A stretch of DNA of 64,000 bases, taken from Rubripirellula sp. (lineage in GTDB: Bacteria > Planctomycetota > Planctomycetia > Pirellulales > Pirellulaceae). Where the stretch lies: NCBI GenBank assembly GCA_965216875.1, contig OZ244207.1:5920001-5984000 (forward strand). Reading direction: 5' to 3'. Below, piece by piece: positions 27,833-38,446 of this stretch. The notes below the pieces were generated by a model. That model saw only the letters and a program-made list of their open reading frames with translations. It was not told where the DNA came from and did no database searches. The position numbers and the translations under genes are program-made. Positions within the stretch are counted from its first letter, which is position 1; each line of letters opens with the position of its first letter.

Positions 27833-30800
27833 CTAAGGTTCGACCACCATCGTGCCGTTCATCACCATCCAGTGTCCTGGAAACGTACACAGGAAGGGAT
27901 ACTTGCCCGGTTGTTTGGGTGCGGAAAAGTAGATCGTGAACTTGGCATAGGGCGCGACGACATCGGTAAACGCAAGCACGTCGTCGGTCTTGGGAATGTA
28001 GTGATTCGCTGCAGCTTCGGGATCGGCGATCAACTTGTTGGTCAACTCACCGACACTCTTGAGTGTCCCCGGTTTGAGCAGCGCCCAGTTGTGTGGGACC
28101 GCATCGGGATTCTCGAACGTCAACCGAATCGGCTCGCCCGCTTTGACTTTGAATTCGGTCCGGTCGAACATCAAGTTCTTTGCAGCCTTGATCGTAATCG
28201 GCCGGGCATTTTGACGTGCCTTGCGATGAGGGTTTCGCTTAGCAACCAAGGGCCGCGCCAAGTCGGCCAGGATCGGGTGCGGAAGAACGATTTTGTCTTG
28301 GGGTTGGTAGCCATCAAAGTCAACGAAAGGCTCGTCGAGTCGATGGACGGTCATGAAGAGGTCATGCGCGTCTTTGGATGAGGTTTGAAGGAGCAGGTGC
28401 AATTGATTGACGGGCTGTAGGTCAGGAATTTCGACAAAGACGGTTCGGCCATTTTCGACGACGTGTGCCGAAGTGATCTCCAACACATCATGCCCGCGCA
28501 GACCAAGTTGCCGCGTCGAGTACTCGGGCGAACCATACGCGCCGCTGTATCGGTAGTTCCATGCTTGAGCGAGATGAAGCTTCGTCCTTTGAACCGTTTC
28601 CTCATCTACGTCCGACGAGAACTCGACCTTGATTCCGTTTTCGTGAATGTGAAAACCGATCGGAATGGGCTTTGCGTCGCCGGTGAAACGCACACGCTCG
28701 AAGCTACCGTCGTCGGTGGTGTAGGTTCCCCAGCCCCCCATACCTGAAACGTAAAGCTGGCCATCAATGGGATTGAATCGCCCCCGGTGAGCGCCCGATG
28801 CAAACTCGCCCGCGATCGGCACGACGGCACCCTGAACCCAGCCATCGAATTCATCTCGCAGCAACAGAAACGCTCGGCCCGCACCAAAGGAAAGATGCAC
28901 CATGTTGTCCTTCGCTGCGCCCCATCGGTCGCTCTTCACAAAGACTTGGCCGCCGGAAGAATTGTCCAAACCGCGAGGCAGGTACAACATCGGAAGTTCA
29001 GGCGGGTGCTTTCGACCAAGCCCGGGACGTCCAAAGAAAGGCACGCCTCGATCGTCGTTTTGCGAAGCGATTTGGATTCGATTCAGCACGGGACCATCAG
29101 GCCGAACGGCGGCGATCATTGATGCCGGCATCCAATCCCCTTCACTACTCGGGATCGTCAACATCCCGTCGGGATGCCGACCGATTCCATCGGAATTGCG
29201 AAGCCCTGTTGCAACCACCGCGGCCGATTGTCCATCCGATGCAATCCGCATCACACCCTGTTTTCCCGACGCGGTGTAGAAGCGACCGTTGGGATCACGA
29301 GCGAGTCCACAAGTGAAGTCGTGGCCGCCTGCTGAGGTCGCCAACGCATCGGAATAGTTTTCGTAAAAGTCGATTTCGCCGTCGCCATCGAGATCGTGCA
29401 AACGGGTCAACCGGTCTCGTCCGATCACAAAAATCTGGTCGTTCTCGACGACGACTCCCAGTGGCTGTTGCAATCCCGAAGCGATCCGCCGCCAAGTGAC
29501 GCTTTTCAATTGGGCGTCGATGCCGGAGGCGCGCCAAACGTCGCCCTGCATCGTGGTAATGATCGCCGAACCATCGGACAGGAAGTCGTGGCCGGCACAA
29601 TACAGAAGTGCTTTCCAGGGGTTATCGACAGGCAATTCAATTTTGTCGACCGCGTACGGACCGCCTTGGCCGAGTTTTCCCGCCGTGACAAACGTTTGAT
29701 CCCACTGAGCTCCACCGCCGTCGGTGAGTGACGCCATCGAATGTTGGTCCCGCGGCGCGATCTCACGTTTCAGTTTTCCATCGACAAGGCTGACGCAATC
29801 AAGGTACTCGGCTCCGTCAACGCGGTAGCTGAAGATCACCTTTCGTCCATGACGATACATTCCGATGAACTTCGTATCCTGTGAATTGGCATCGACGGGA
29901 GACTTTGCAGCGGGCACATCAATCGTTCGGCCATCTTGGTTCAATCCTTGCATGAACCCGGCGCGAACGTCGGTGAATTTGACGAAACCATCTTTCCAAA
30001 ACCGCACATAGCGAAGTCGGTCGGGATCGAAACAGGCGGCGACCGCATCTTTGCCTGTGCCAATTCGGACGCAGATCCCACGAGCAACGGTGACGCCCGG
30101 CCCGCGAAACACACCACAGAGCAGGCTGCCCAGATCGCTCTCGTTCCAGCGTCCGTCGGCCCAAACCGGATCGGATTGATTGCCCCAGTGCCCGTAGCTG
30201 CCACCATCGAGCCCAGGGAATTCGGCAAGCAACGACGGCCGAGGCTCTACATCGCGAAAGTGCCGAGCCTGTTTGCGATAGAAATCGTAAACGCGGTCGC
30301 GATTGACATGCTCTTTCCAACTTGGCCATCGCTCGGGTTCAAGCGGATCGCGCGTAACTTCAAAGGTCGCAGGGTGGTGTCCGTGGGAATGCCCGAGCAG
30401 TGAATCGATTGCTTCAGCGCTCACCTGTTTGTGATGTCCCAATTCGCCGAGAAACGCGATCAGGTCAAGTTTGTCTTGTTCGGAATAGGTGGCCAACAAA
30501 CCGTCGGGCATCACGGTGCCGATCTTCCGAAGCACTTCGATATCTTCTTGAGCAATCTCGATGTCTTTTCCGGTCGTGCTGTCACGAATCGTCAAGACGT
30601 CGTCGGTCTTTGACACGATGTAGCCACTCTTGATTTCGCCATCAAAAGTCAAGATCGAGACCGCTTCATACTTTTCGTCGACCACCTTCTTGGGATAGAC
30701 GATTGATTCGGCAATGTGAAAGAGCTTTTGTTTCTTTCCGACCTCGGTCAGATCGGGACCGATCCTTCCGCCATGCTTTCCCACCTTGTGACACGACAAA

Positions 30801-30973
30801 CATGCACTCGTTGGCGACGCATACAAAACGGCACCGCGAGCCGGGTTGCCACTGCGTTTCGCCGAATCGACCAAGTCGGCGACGACCTTGGCGTCGTACG
30901 GTTGTTGTGCTGAGACCGATCCGACGGCAGCAATAAGAAATGCGACCGAGAATTGTCGCAAGAAACAATGCAT
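27833..30973 (-). CDS. Heme c + DUF6797-like + beta-propeller + azurin/plastocyanin multidomain protein
   Basis: CLSCH...GPDLT heme domain; GLQQPLG/GLRN propeller motifs; PHNW and CTFPGHWMVM type-1 copper ligands. Start at ATG 30973. Confidence 0.85.
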   Translation of the reverse strand: MHCFLRQFSVAFLIAAVGSVSAQQPYDAKVVADLVDSAKRSGNPARGAVLYASPTSACLSCHKVGKHGGRIGPDLTEVGKKQKLFHIAESIVYPKKVVDEKYEAVSILTFDGEIKSGYIVSKTDDVLTIRDSTTGKDIEIAQEDIEVLRKIGTVMPDGLLATYSEQDKLDLIAFLGELGHHKQVSAEAIDSLLGHSHGHHPATFEVTRDPLEPERWPSWKEHVNRDRVYDFYRKQARHFRDVEPRPSLLAEFPGLDGGSYGHWGNQSDPVWADGRWNESDLGSLLCGVFRGPGVTVARGICVRIGTGKDAVAACFDPDRLRYVRFWKDGFVKFTDVRAGFMQGLNQDGRTIDVPAAKSPVDANSQDTKFIGMYRHGRKVIFSYRVDGAEYLDCVSLVDGKLKREIAPRDQHSMASLTDGGGAQWDQTFVTAGKLGQGGPYAVDKIELPVDNPWKALLYCAGHDFLSDGSAIITTMQGDVWRASGIDAQLKSVTWRRIASGLQQPLGVVVENDQIFVIGRDRLTRLHDLDGDGEIDFYENYSDALATSAGGHDFTCGLARDPNGRFYTASGKQGVMRIASDGQSAAVVATGLRNSDGIGRHPDGMLTIPSSEGDWMPASMIAAVRPDGPVLNRIQIASQNDDRGVPFFGRPGLGRKHPPELPMLYLPRGLDNSSGGQVFVKSDRWGAAKDNMVHLSFGAGRAFLLLRDEFDGWVQGAVVPIAGEFASGAHRGRFNPIDGQLYVSGMGGWGTYTTDDGSFERVRFTGDAKPIPIGFHIHENGIKVEFSSDVDEETVQRTKLHLAQAWNYRYSGAYGSPEYSTRQLGLRGHDVLEITSAHVVENGRTVFVEIPDLQPVNQLHLLLQTSSKDAHDLFMTVHRLDEPFVDFDGYQPQDKIVLPHPILADLARPLVAKRNPHRKARQNARPITIKAAKNLMFDRTEFKVKAGEPIRLTFENPDAVPHNWALLKPGTLKSVGELTNKLIADPEAAANHYIPKTDDVLAFTDVVAPYAKFTIYFSAPKQPGKYPFLCTFPGHWMVMNGTMVVEP

Positions 30974-31045
30974 GGCAAAGTTGTCTGGCAAAGAGGAAGG
31001 TGACTTGCGGCGGGACTCGCAAGTATACACCGACCAGAACGTGGC

Positions 31046-31933
31046 TCACGACTCGAGTTCGTCGAGTGTCTTGGGCCAGTCGTCTTTCAACAATCGAGCG
31101 AGCGAGCGGTCAGACAGAATCCTGCCCTCGGTTTGGCATCCTGGACAATAATTGCATTCGTTATCGGCGTATCGGATGCGTTGCACCGGTGCCTGGCAGA
31201 CGGGACATTCTTCTTTGAATTTCCCGTGGACAGCCATTTCCGGGCGGAACGCAGTCACCTTTTCGGGAAACGCCTCGCCGGTTTGTTCACGCAGTCGATC
31301 GATCCAGGTCGTCAATGTCGTGACCGCAGCAGCGTGCAACCTGGCCGTCTCGTCATCGGACAACTGCGACGTCCGTTTGAGTGGTGACAGTCTTGCTGCG
31401 TGCAGAATCTCGTCTCCGTAGGCGTTGCCGATGCCATCGAATCGTTTTGGATCGGACAACGCTCGTTTGAGCGTGTTGTTCCCAACGAGTAACTGAGTCT
31501 TGAAGTCATCGACCGTGCAACTCAAGACATCGATGCCGCCTGGGTCGAGTGCGTCGACGTCTTGAATCGTCGACAACACCCAAACGCCGGCCCGTTTCTT
31601 TTTCGCAACTTCGGTCAACACCATCACGCCGTCGTCAAAGTCCAGCGCCAACAGATCGCTCTTCCCTCGCGCGCCGTAGCCAACCTTCTTCCAGTGAAAA
31701 CGGCCGGCAATCATCGGATGAACGACGACAAACGGCCCTTCACCAAAATGCCACACGATCCGCTTGCCACGTCGCGAAAACTCCGTGACCGCTTTGCCGA
31801 CGACCGATTCGATCGGTGGATCAAACGTCCTCAATACGAAGGGGCTGCGGACACGGACATCACGCACCACTTGGCCACCAAGCAGTCTTTCAAGCGACTC
31901 GACATACAAGGTCACATCAGGAAGTTCCGGCAT
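31046..31933 (-). CDS. Fpg/Nei-family DNA glycosylase
   Basis: MPELPDV N-terminus, RRGK, GIGNAYGDEIL, CPVC...CPGCQ zinc finger. Start at ATG 31933. Confidence 0.93.
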   Translation of the reverse strand: MPELPDVTLYVESLERLLGGQVVRDVRVRSPFVLRTFDPPIESVVGKAVTEFSRRGKRIVWHFGEGPFVVVHPMIAGRFHWKKVGYGARGKSDLLALDFDDGVMVLTEVAKKKRAGVWVLSTIQDVDALDPGGIDVLSCTVDDFKTQLLVGNNTLKRALSDPKRFDGIGNAYGDEILHAARLSPLKRTSQLSDDETARLHAAAVTTLTTWIDRLREQTGEAFPEKVTAFRPEMAVHGKFKEECPVCQAPVQRIRYADNECNYCPGCQTEGRILSDRSLARLLKDDWPKTLDELES

Positions 31934-33266
31934 GGCGTCCCGAGTACCAAGGGTAAAGGCATGCGCCAAACAGAATGGTCACGACACCCACAATCGCTTG
32001 AGTCGGTTTGTGGTACGCCGAAATGCTGGCTGTTAAAAGCGTCCCGCCGACAAACACAACGGGGGCAATGTAGCCAAGCGGACTCTTGAAAAAGGGCTTG
32101 TTGACGAAAAACAACAGGCTTGCCGTCAACGCGGCGCTCACTGACAACGTAAAGCCAAGGTAGCCAAGCAAGTCATTGAGGCCGGCGATGCAAACCACAA
32201 CCATCGCAAGAATTGACTGGATCACAATCGCGTTGATCGGGGGCTTACCGGCCTCGGAATCCCAACCTGACAAGAACAATTTGCGTGGAAGGAAACCGTC
32301 TTCGGCCATCTTTGCGTAGACTCGCGGTCCCGCCATGATTTGCGCCGACACCGAAGTGAAGAGGCATAACAAGATGACGCCTCGCACAAACAACTCAAAC
32401 GATTCGCCGCCGATGGAACCGGCCGCCACCGTTGCCACTTGTGCTTGACCGGCAATCGCTTCGGCGGGTGCGGCAAACACAAAGATTGCGTTGAGCACCA
32501 AATAGGCGAACGTGACCAACAGCGTCCCTCCCAAGATAGCGCGGCGGACGTTCTTTGCTGGATCGACCACTTCGCCTGCAACGTAGACCGCTGCATTGAA
32601 TCCACTGAAGCTGAGCGAGATCCACATCAACTGCGTCGCCAAACGCATTGCTAGGGGACTGTCGCCGCCAGCCACCGATGTCGACTCTTGAAGTCCGGTC
32701 CGGCCGACCGCCGACATTGCGACCGCGACGAATGCCGCGATCAATACGAATTTCAAGACCACCACAACGTCCTGGGCGCGTGCGCCAGGTTTGACTCCGA
32801 CAAGATGCAGGATGGTAGAGACGATGATCACGCCAATCGCAATCGCTTGAACAACGATGGAGTCCTCGCCAGACTGCGTTAGAGGCAAGAGAGGCTCGAG
32901 GTATTCGGCAAAGGTCGTCGCCGCAAATGCGATGGCACCCGTAAACCCGGCGAGCAGTGAAACCCAACCTGCCATCATTCCTGCGATCGGATGCAACGCG
33001 CGAGAAAGGAACAGGTATTCGCCACCCGATTCGGTAAAGTACTTGGCGAGCGCCGCGTAACAAACGGCTCCCGAGATGGCGATCACACTGGCAATGCCCC
33101 AAGCGACCATCACCCAAACGGGCGAACCGAGCGAAGCGAGACTGTACCCGCTCGTGGTGAAGACGCCGGCACCAATCATGCTTGCCGCCACTAACGATGT
33201 GGCAGAAACCAAATCGATTGGGCGGCGATGGGCCGACGGTGTTGTGGGGGTTTCGGCTTCGCTCAT
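31917..33266 (-). CDS. APC-family amino-acid permease
   Basis: MIGAGVF, SGGEYLFL, GPRVYAKMAEDG; about 12 TM helices. Confidence 0.92.
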   Translation of the reverse strand: MSEAETPTTPSAHRRPIDLVSATSLVAASMIGAGVFTTSGYSLASLGSPVWVMVAWGIASVIAISGAVCYAALAKYFTESGGEYLFLSRALHPIAGMMAGWVSLLAGFTGAIAFAATTFAEYLEPLLPLTQSGEDSIVVQAIAIGVIIVSTILHLVGVKPGARAQDVVVVLKFVLIAAFVAVAMSAVGRTGLQESTSVAGGDSPLAMRLATQLMWISLSFSGFNAAVYVAGEVVDPAKNVRRAILGGTLLVTFAYLVLNAIFVFAAPAEAIAGQAQVATVAAGSIGGESFELFVRGVILLCLFTSVSAQIMAGPRVYAKMAEDGFLPRKLFLSGWDSEAGKPPINAIVIQSILAMVVVCIAGLNDLLGYLGFTLSVSAALTASLLFFVNKPFFKSPLGYIAPVVFVGGTLLTASISAYHKPTQAIVGVVTILFGACLYPWYSGRHAGTS

Positions 33267-33607
33267 CGCGGAAATGTGTCGTGACGTGGCTTGTCGCTCA
33301 AAGGTTGTTTTGACCGCTCTGCTGTTGATGTCGCGGACGCTTGGTTATCCTGAAGACTCGGCGGGAAGCCGATTCCTGTGCGTCAGCCGTTTCGGGCAGA
33401 AGCGAAAGCAACTGAATCGCCCCTGGCAATCGAACGAAACCCAAGCCGACGACACGAATCCTCGTCCATACCCGTCACCAATCGACCCGAGTCCATGACT
33501 GCGTCCGATCCGAATCGAAAGGTCGATGCAGCCTATCATGATCAACAGGGGCTCGGGTTGTACTATCGCCAAACATCCACAGGCAAGTAAGACCACAGGC
33601 GAAAAGA

Positions 33608-34654
33608 ATGACTGATGCGTCCAACGGTTGGTTCCTGACACATGGCGGTGACGAAGTTCATGGCCCGTTCACACTCGCCGCACTTATCGATGCCGCAAAA
33701 CAGGGCAATGTCATCCCCGCAACGATGGTGCGGCATGAAGAGCACACCAAAGGCACCTGGTTGCCGGCAGGGCGGATCCGCCCCATCGCCGAAGCACTGA
33801 ACACGGAAAACACAAAAAACGCCGGCGCGCAAAACCCCGCCGCGCAGGGAGGCCAGCCGCCGAATCAACAGTCGAGCCAACCAACAAAAACGGCTGCGCA
33901 ACAACCTGCACCGCAACAACCTGCGCAGGCACCACCGGCTCAGCAAGCTCCCGTCCAGCAAGCTCCCGTCCAACAAGCTCCGGCGCAAACGCAAGCACCG
34001 GCTCCACAGCCGGCCCCGTTCACACCCGCACCGGCGCAACCCACCTACACTCAACCTGCTCCCACGCAAAGTGTTCCAGAGCAACCAGCGCCGATCCAAT
34101 CGGTTCAACCTCAGGCTTTCGCGGGTCCCACCGCACCCTCGACCGTGATCGAGACTCAGCCTGTTGGTCGTCGCGGCGACATCTTGACGGTCCCGACAAC
34201 GTTTGGTGCTGCCGTTGTGGGCTTCTTCGATTTTCGATTTCGATATTTCGTGACCCCATGGATCGTCAAAATCACTTGGGGCATCTGTGTGGTGCTGGCG
34301 GTGATTGCAATGTGCATCTTTACCGTTAACTATCTGCTGCGACCTCTTGTCAGTTCGGCGGAATCAACCAGCGGCCAATCGATGTCATTCGAGGGTGACG
34401 GAACGATGCCCGAGTCGGTCCGCATCGAAACGCGCAGCTCTGGACAATTTGAATTCCAGCCGCCAACGCTGGTAGAGCAAAACATGCAGCGTTTCATCGT
34501 CTATGGTGCGACGATGACCTTCGTCTTCTTCCTGCTTCTGTCCTTGCGGATGTCTCTCGAACTCGCCATCGTGCTGTTCCGTATCGCTGGCGATCTTGGC
34601 ACGCTTAAAGAGTTTTTCAAGGAACAAGAGAAGATGCATCAACCAGCGACGTAG
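33608..34654 (+). CDS. GYF_2-like domain + P/Q/A linker + DUF4282-like membrane domain
   Basis: WF...HGPF...W N-terminus; QQAP repeats; FFDFRFRYFVTPWIVK. Confidence 0.75.
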   Translation: MTDASNGWFLTHGGDEVHGPFTLAALIDAAKQGNVIPATMVRHEEHTKGTWLPAGRIRPIAEALNTENTKNAGAQNPAAQGGQPPNQQSSQPTKTAAQQPAPQQPAQAPPAQQAPVQQAPVQQAPAQTQAPAPQPAPFTPAPAQPTYTQPAPTQSVPEQPAPIQSVQPQAFAGPTAPSTVIETQPVGRRGDILTVPTTFGAAVVGFFDFRFRYFVTPWIVKITWGICVVLAVIAMCIFTVNYLLRPLVSSAESTSGQSMSFEGDGTMPESVRIETRSSGQFEFQPPTLVEQNMQRFIVYGATMTFVFFLLLSLRMSLELAIVLFRIAGDLGTLKEFFKEQEKMHQPAT

Positions 34655-34720
34655 TGCGAACCTTTTGACGACCAAGCTGTCCATGCCTGAAAACAACGGC
34701 AGCACGAGCAAGTAAACGAG

Positions 34721-35992
34721 ATGAGCTGGGAATTTTCGGAATTTGGCAAACGCCTCTGTGGCGGCAGCGGGATCGGGGAATTGATGGAAGACCTTGGCCG
34801 TGCGTTGGCCAAGTCCGAAGGTCATGTCCGAATGCTCGGTGGCGGCCAACCTGCACACATCCCCGAGATGAATGCACTGTGGCGTTCGCGAATCGAAGAC
34901 ATCAGTGCGTCCCCTGGCCAACTCGAACAAATGGTTGGCAACTATGAACCGCCGGCCGGCAATCTCGCCTTCCGCACAGCTCTTGCCGAGCTGTTTCGCA
35001 GCGAGTTTGGCTGGGACCTTGGCCCGGAAAACGTCGGCATCACGGCTGGCGGACAAACCGCGTTCTTCTTTTTGTTCAACGCATTGGCCGGACGGTTCGA
35101 CGACGGTCAAAAAAAGAAGGTCTTGCTGCCGATTGTGCCTGAATACATCGGCTATGCAAACCAATCGATCTCCAGCGACATGTTTCGCGCGGTCAAACCC
35201 AGACTTGAAAAGACGGGACCGCATCAATTCAAGTATCGCGTTGACTTTGATCGGCTTGAAGTGGATGACGATGTCGCAGCGATCTGTTTGTCGCGTCCAA
35301 CGAACCCCAGCGGCAATGTGCTCACCGACAATGAGATTGGCCATCTCTCCGACCTTGCCAAGCACAACGATATCCCGCTGATCATCGACAATGCTTACGG
35401 TGCCCCTTTCCCCAATGTCATCTTCACCGAAGCCAAACCGATCTGGAATGACCACATCGTTTTGACACTCAGCCTTTCCAAGATTGGTCTTCCAGGCACA
35501 CGCACTGGCATCGTTGTTGGTCCCTCAGGATTGATCGACTCGCTGGCATCAATGACATCCATCGTCGGACTGTCCAACACCAATGTTGGTCAAGCGATCA
35601 TGAAGCCGGTTGTCGAAAGCGGCGAGATTTTGAGGTTGAGTAACGATGTGGTCCAACCTTTCTACCGCAAGAAATCAGAGCAGGCCCAGCAGTGGGTCGA
35701 AGAGTTCTTTGACGATGACCTTCCGTATTTCGTTCACCGCAGCGAGGGCGCACTCTTTTTGTGGTTGTGGTTTGAAGGGTTGCCGATCACATCCAAAGAA
35801 CTTTACCAGCGATTGAAACAGCGCGACGTACTCGTCGTGCCAGGCAATTACTTCTTTTTCGGCCTCGATGATGAGACCTGGAAGCATCGCGATGAGTGCA
35901 TTCGGGTCACATTCACGATGCCCGAAGAGGATGTTCGCGAGGGTTTTCGCATCATCGGCGAAGAGGTTTCCAAAGCGTACCGCAACGCCTAG
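34721..35992 (+). CDS. avtA: Valine-pyruvate aminotransferase
   Basis: MLGGGQPAHIP, PEYIGY, SRPTNPSGNVLTD, IDNAYG.PFP, SLSKIGLPG.RTGI. Confidence 0.9.
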   Translation: MSWEFSEFGKRLCGGSGIGELMEDLGRALAKSEGHVRMLGGGQPAHIPEMNALWRSRIEDISASPGQLEQMVGNYEPPAGNLAFRTALAELFRSEFGWDLGPENVGITAGGQTAFFFLFNALAGRFDDGQKKKVLLPIVPEYIGYANQSISSDMFRAVKPRLEKTGPHQFKYRVDFDRLEVDDDVAAICLSRPTNPSGNVLTDNEIGHLSDLAKHNDIPLIIDNAYGAPFPNVIFTEAKPIWNDHIVLTLSLSKIGLPGTRTGIVVGPSGLIDSLASMTSIVGLSNTNVGQAIMKPVVESGEILRLSNDVVQPFYRKKSEQAQQWVEEFFDDDLPYFVHRSEGALFLWLWFEGLPITSKELYQRLKQRDVLVVPGNYFFFGLDDETWKHRDECIRVTFTMPEEDVREGFRIIGEEVSKAYRNA

Positions 35993-36088
35993 CACGTTTG
36001 ATCAGCGACGGTAGGTTTCGAATCTGAGCGTGGATCAAAAACGTGGGTTGGATTAGCATGGTGTCTCACTCACCAACGCTTCAGGCTC

Positions 36089-38380
36089 ATGACGGTGCCC
36101 CACGAATCGATCGCCGAAAGTAAAACGCATACCAACGCATTCGGTGGCGGCAGCGCTCTTCTTGTTTGGCTTGTCACGATCGCATTGTCGACCGTCACGA
36201 TTTGGACGGCATGGGACTATGGTGGTGGTTACCTACGCACCAAGTTCGTGATGGCTGTCACAACGCTGGCCGTATTGCCGATATTCGCGCTGTCCGTTGT
36301 GATGCTGCCGAAGTCCGGCCGACTTCAGCATCGCCGTCCACCCACACTGACACTCATCGCGTGCGTGATCTGGTTGGCTGGAATCGTGCAGACCCTTTCT
36401 TTGCCGAGCGGATTGGTTGAGCTGTTGTCGCCTGGATCAGCCGCGGCGTACATCGACTGGGTCCCTGATTCGGTAGCATATGAGGCTGCGTCCGCATCGC
36501 CGCCACGGTCAGTGGATCCACGCATCAGTGTTGCGCCGGCATACACGCAGATGGCGCTTTTCGTCCCGTTGGTCTTTGGTGCGATCTGCTGGTTTTCCTC
36601 CTATTGCTTTTCGTTCCACCGCGCAGCACTGATCTTTCTTGCAATGGCGGCGCTGGCCGGAGGGGTCTTTTCCTTCTTTGGTCTTGGCGACGCGATGCTG
36701 TTGGCGCGCACCGAGAACTTTGAATTGCGTCAACGTTTGCTCATTTCACCCGTCGGAGCCGACGGTCCCTTCGGCCCCTTCGTGCATAACGCCAATTGCG
36801 CTGGCTACCTTTGCCTGACGATCGGCTGTGGCATCGGGTTGCTGATCTACCTGACCAACCGATCCGAATCGAATGCGGCAACCAAGGGCAACTCATTTCG
36901 TTTTGTCGAACTGGCAACTGACCCGACCGTCCTGATTCGGCGATGGCCGGTGATCGCCGTGGGCTTGCTCGTCATCATCTCGATCACCGGAATCTTGGGC
37001 AGTGGATCGCGTGGAGGAATGCTAGGCTTGGCTGCCGGCTGCGGAGTCTTTCTCGTTGCATCGCTTCGGTCACTCCCCAAAATCCGCTTGATCGTCGCTG
37101 TCGTTGGCGTTGTCGCGTTGTCGATCCTCTTGCTTCACGGCATCGGTTTGGTTGAGTACACCGAGGGTCGGTTGCAAACACTTGTTGGAGAAAAAGCCAA
37201 ACAGGAGCCACGTCTCGCTCATTGGCAAGATGGCTTGCGCGCGGCTGCGGCCTATTTCCCTGCCGGCGCTGGCATCGGATCGTACCGCTATGCTTACCTG
37301 CCCTATCAGGCGACCGGTGGCAAACAATGGTTTGTCAATGCCGACGGCATGCATGTCGAGCTGTTGGTCGAAGGCGGAATCTGGCTACTTCCCCTGGTCC
37401 TGGTTGGCGTTGTGATGGTTGTTCGCGATCGACGTGTTGTAGCTCGAAACCTGGGTCAACTTTCACCTGCTGATGCGAGACTCGCCCGGGCGATCGTCGG
37501 TTGTGTGACGTTCGTCGTGCCATCCATGCTGGTCACCCAGTGCTTTGACTACGGGATACTCCAGCCCTCTCTACTCGCAACCCTTGCGTTCATTTGTGGG
37601 GGACTCCATTGGGCGAAATCGAGAGTCAAGACATCGGTTTCAGGACCAACACCGCCCACTCAAAGCAATCGACTCGTGCTCACGACCTTCTCGGCGTTTG
37701 CAATGGTTGTCGGACTTTGTTTTGCGACCTCTGCGCTCAAGACAGGCGCGACAATCCAGAGGATTGATCGCCAGCGAATCGCGAGGTCAAGTGAATCGGC
37801 GGGCGTACCGTGGGATAACGAGAGTGAAATCGAAACGGTCCGCGCGATCGTAAACGAAGCGCCCAAACGTTCGGATGCCCGACTCCTTTTCGCACAATTA
37901 TTGGTGAACCAACAGCGACGCGTCGGTGCAAAGTTCCTTTTGGACAATGGGCATGCCGAGCTTGACGAACTGAACCGATGGGTTTCACCCCGAACGGTTC
38001 GTCAGGCCTATTACGGTGCATCAGGAACTCGCCCCATCGAGGAACTGATGCTTCCAGGTCAAGAGTTGGCGATCTGGCAACAGGCCCATGGCCATGCCGC
38101 AGCATCGATCGCAGATTGCCCCCTCAACGACCTCGCTCGCATTATGCTTGTCGAAACCGACATGGTTCACGATCGAGCCAGCCAGTCTTCCCACGAGTTG
38201 ATTCTGCAGTCCGCCCAGCTTCGACGGCGAAACCCTGAGTATGTCCAACGGCTCAAGTTGCTCGCTGAGGTCTACCCGGCCGATGATACCGTCGATCAAA
38301 TCGCCGACATCGTCGCGGGCAACGATCGCAACCTCCCTGCTCAAACAGCCGTCCCGGAGCGTCCAGAATCCGGTCAATAG
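36089..38380 (+). CDS. O-antigen ligase (Wzy_C)-family membrane protein
   Basis: GPFVHNAN.AGY, SGSRGG, R..HW...GAGIGSY, NADGMHVELLVEGG; many TM helices. Confidence 0.85.
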   Translation: MTVPHESIAESKTHTNAFGGGSALLVWLVTIALSTVTIWTAWDYGGGYLRTKFVMAVTTLAVLPIFALSVVMLPKSGRLQHRRPPTLTLIACVIWLAGIVQTLSLPSGLVELLSPGSAAAYIDWVPDSVAYEAASASPPRSVDPRISVAPAYTQMALFVPLVFGAICWFSSYCFSFHRAALIFLAMAALAGGVFSFFGLGDAMLLARTENFELRQRLLISPVGADGPFGPFVHNANCAGYLCLTIGCGIGLLIYLTNRSESNAATKGNSFRFVELATDPTVLIRRWPVIAVGLLVIISITGILGSGSRGGMLGLAAGCGVFLVASLRSLPKIRLIVAVVGVVALSILLLHGIGLVEYTEGRLQTLVGEKAKQEPRLAHWQDGLRAAAAYFPAGAGIGSYRYAYLPYQATGGKQWFVNADGMHVELLVEGGIWLLPLVLVGVVMVVRDRRVVARNLGQLSPADARLARAIVGCVTFVVPSMLVTQCFDYGILQPSLLATLAFICGGLHWAKSRVKTSVSGPTPPTQSNRLVLTTFSAFAMVVGLCFATSALKTGATIQRIDRQRIARSSESAGVPWDNESEIETVRAIVNEAPKRSDARLLFAQLLVNQQRRVGAKFLLDNGHAELDELNRWVSPRTVRQAYYGASGTRPIEELMLPGQELAIWQQAHGHAAASIADCPLNDLARIMLVETDMVHDRASQSSHELILQSAQLRRRNPEYVQRLKLLAEVYPADDTVDQIADIVAGNDRNLPAQTAVPERPESGQ

Positions 38381-38446
38381 GCACGGTGACAACATTGGCT
38401 AAGATAAGTCGCTTCCGATTCAATCGTTGCATCTCCTGATCGAGCC

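Noticed and set aside
34385..35455. 356-aa antisense ORF (and other shadow ORFs such as 9010-9681, 20413-21408, 7350-8180)
   Set aside because: Opposite strand of well-supported genes; no motifs; expected in GC-rich DNA.
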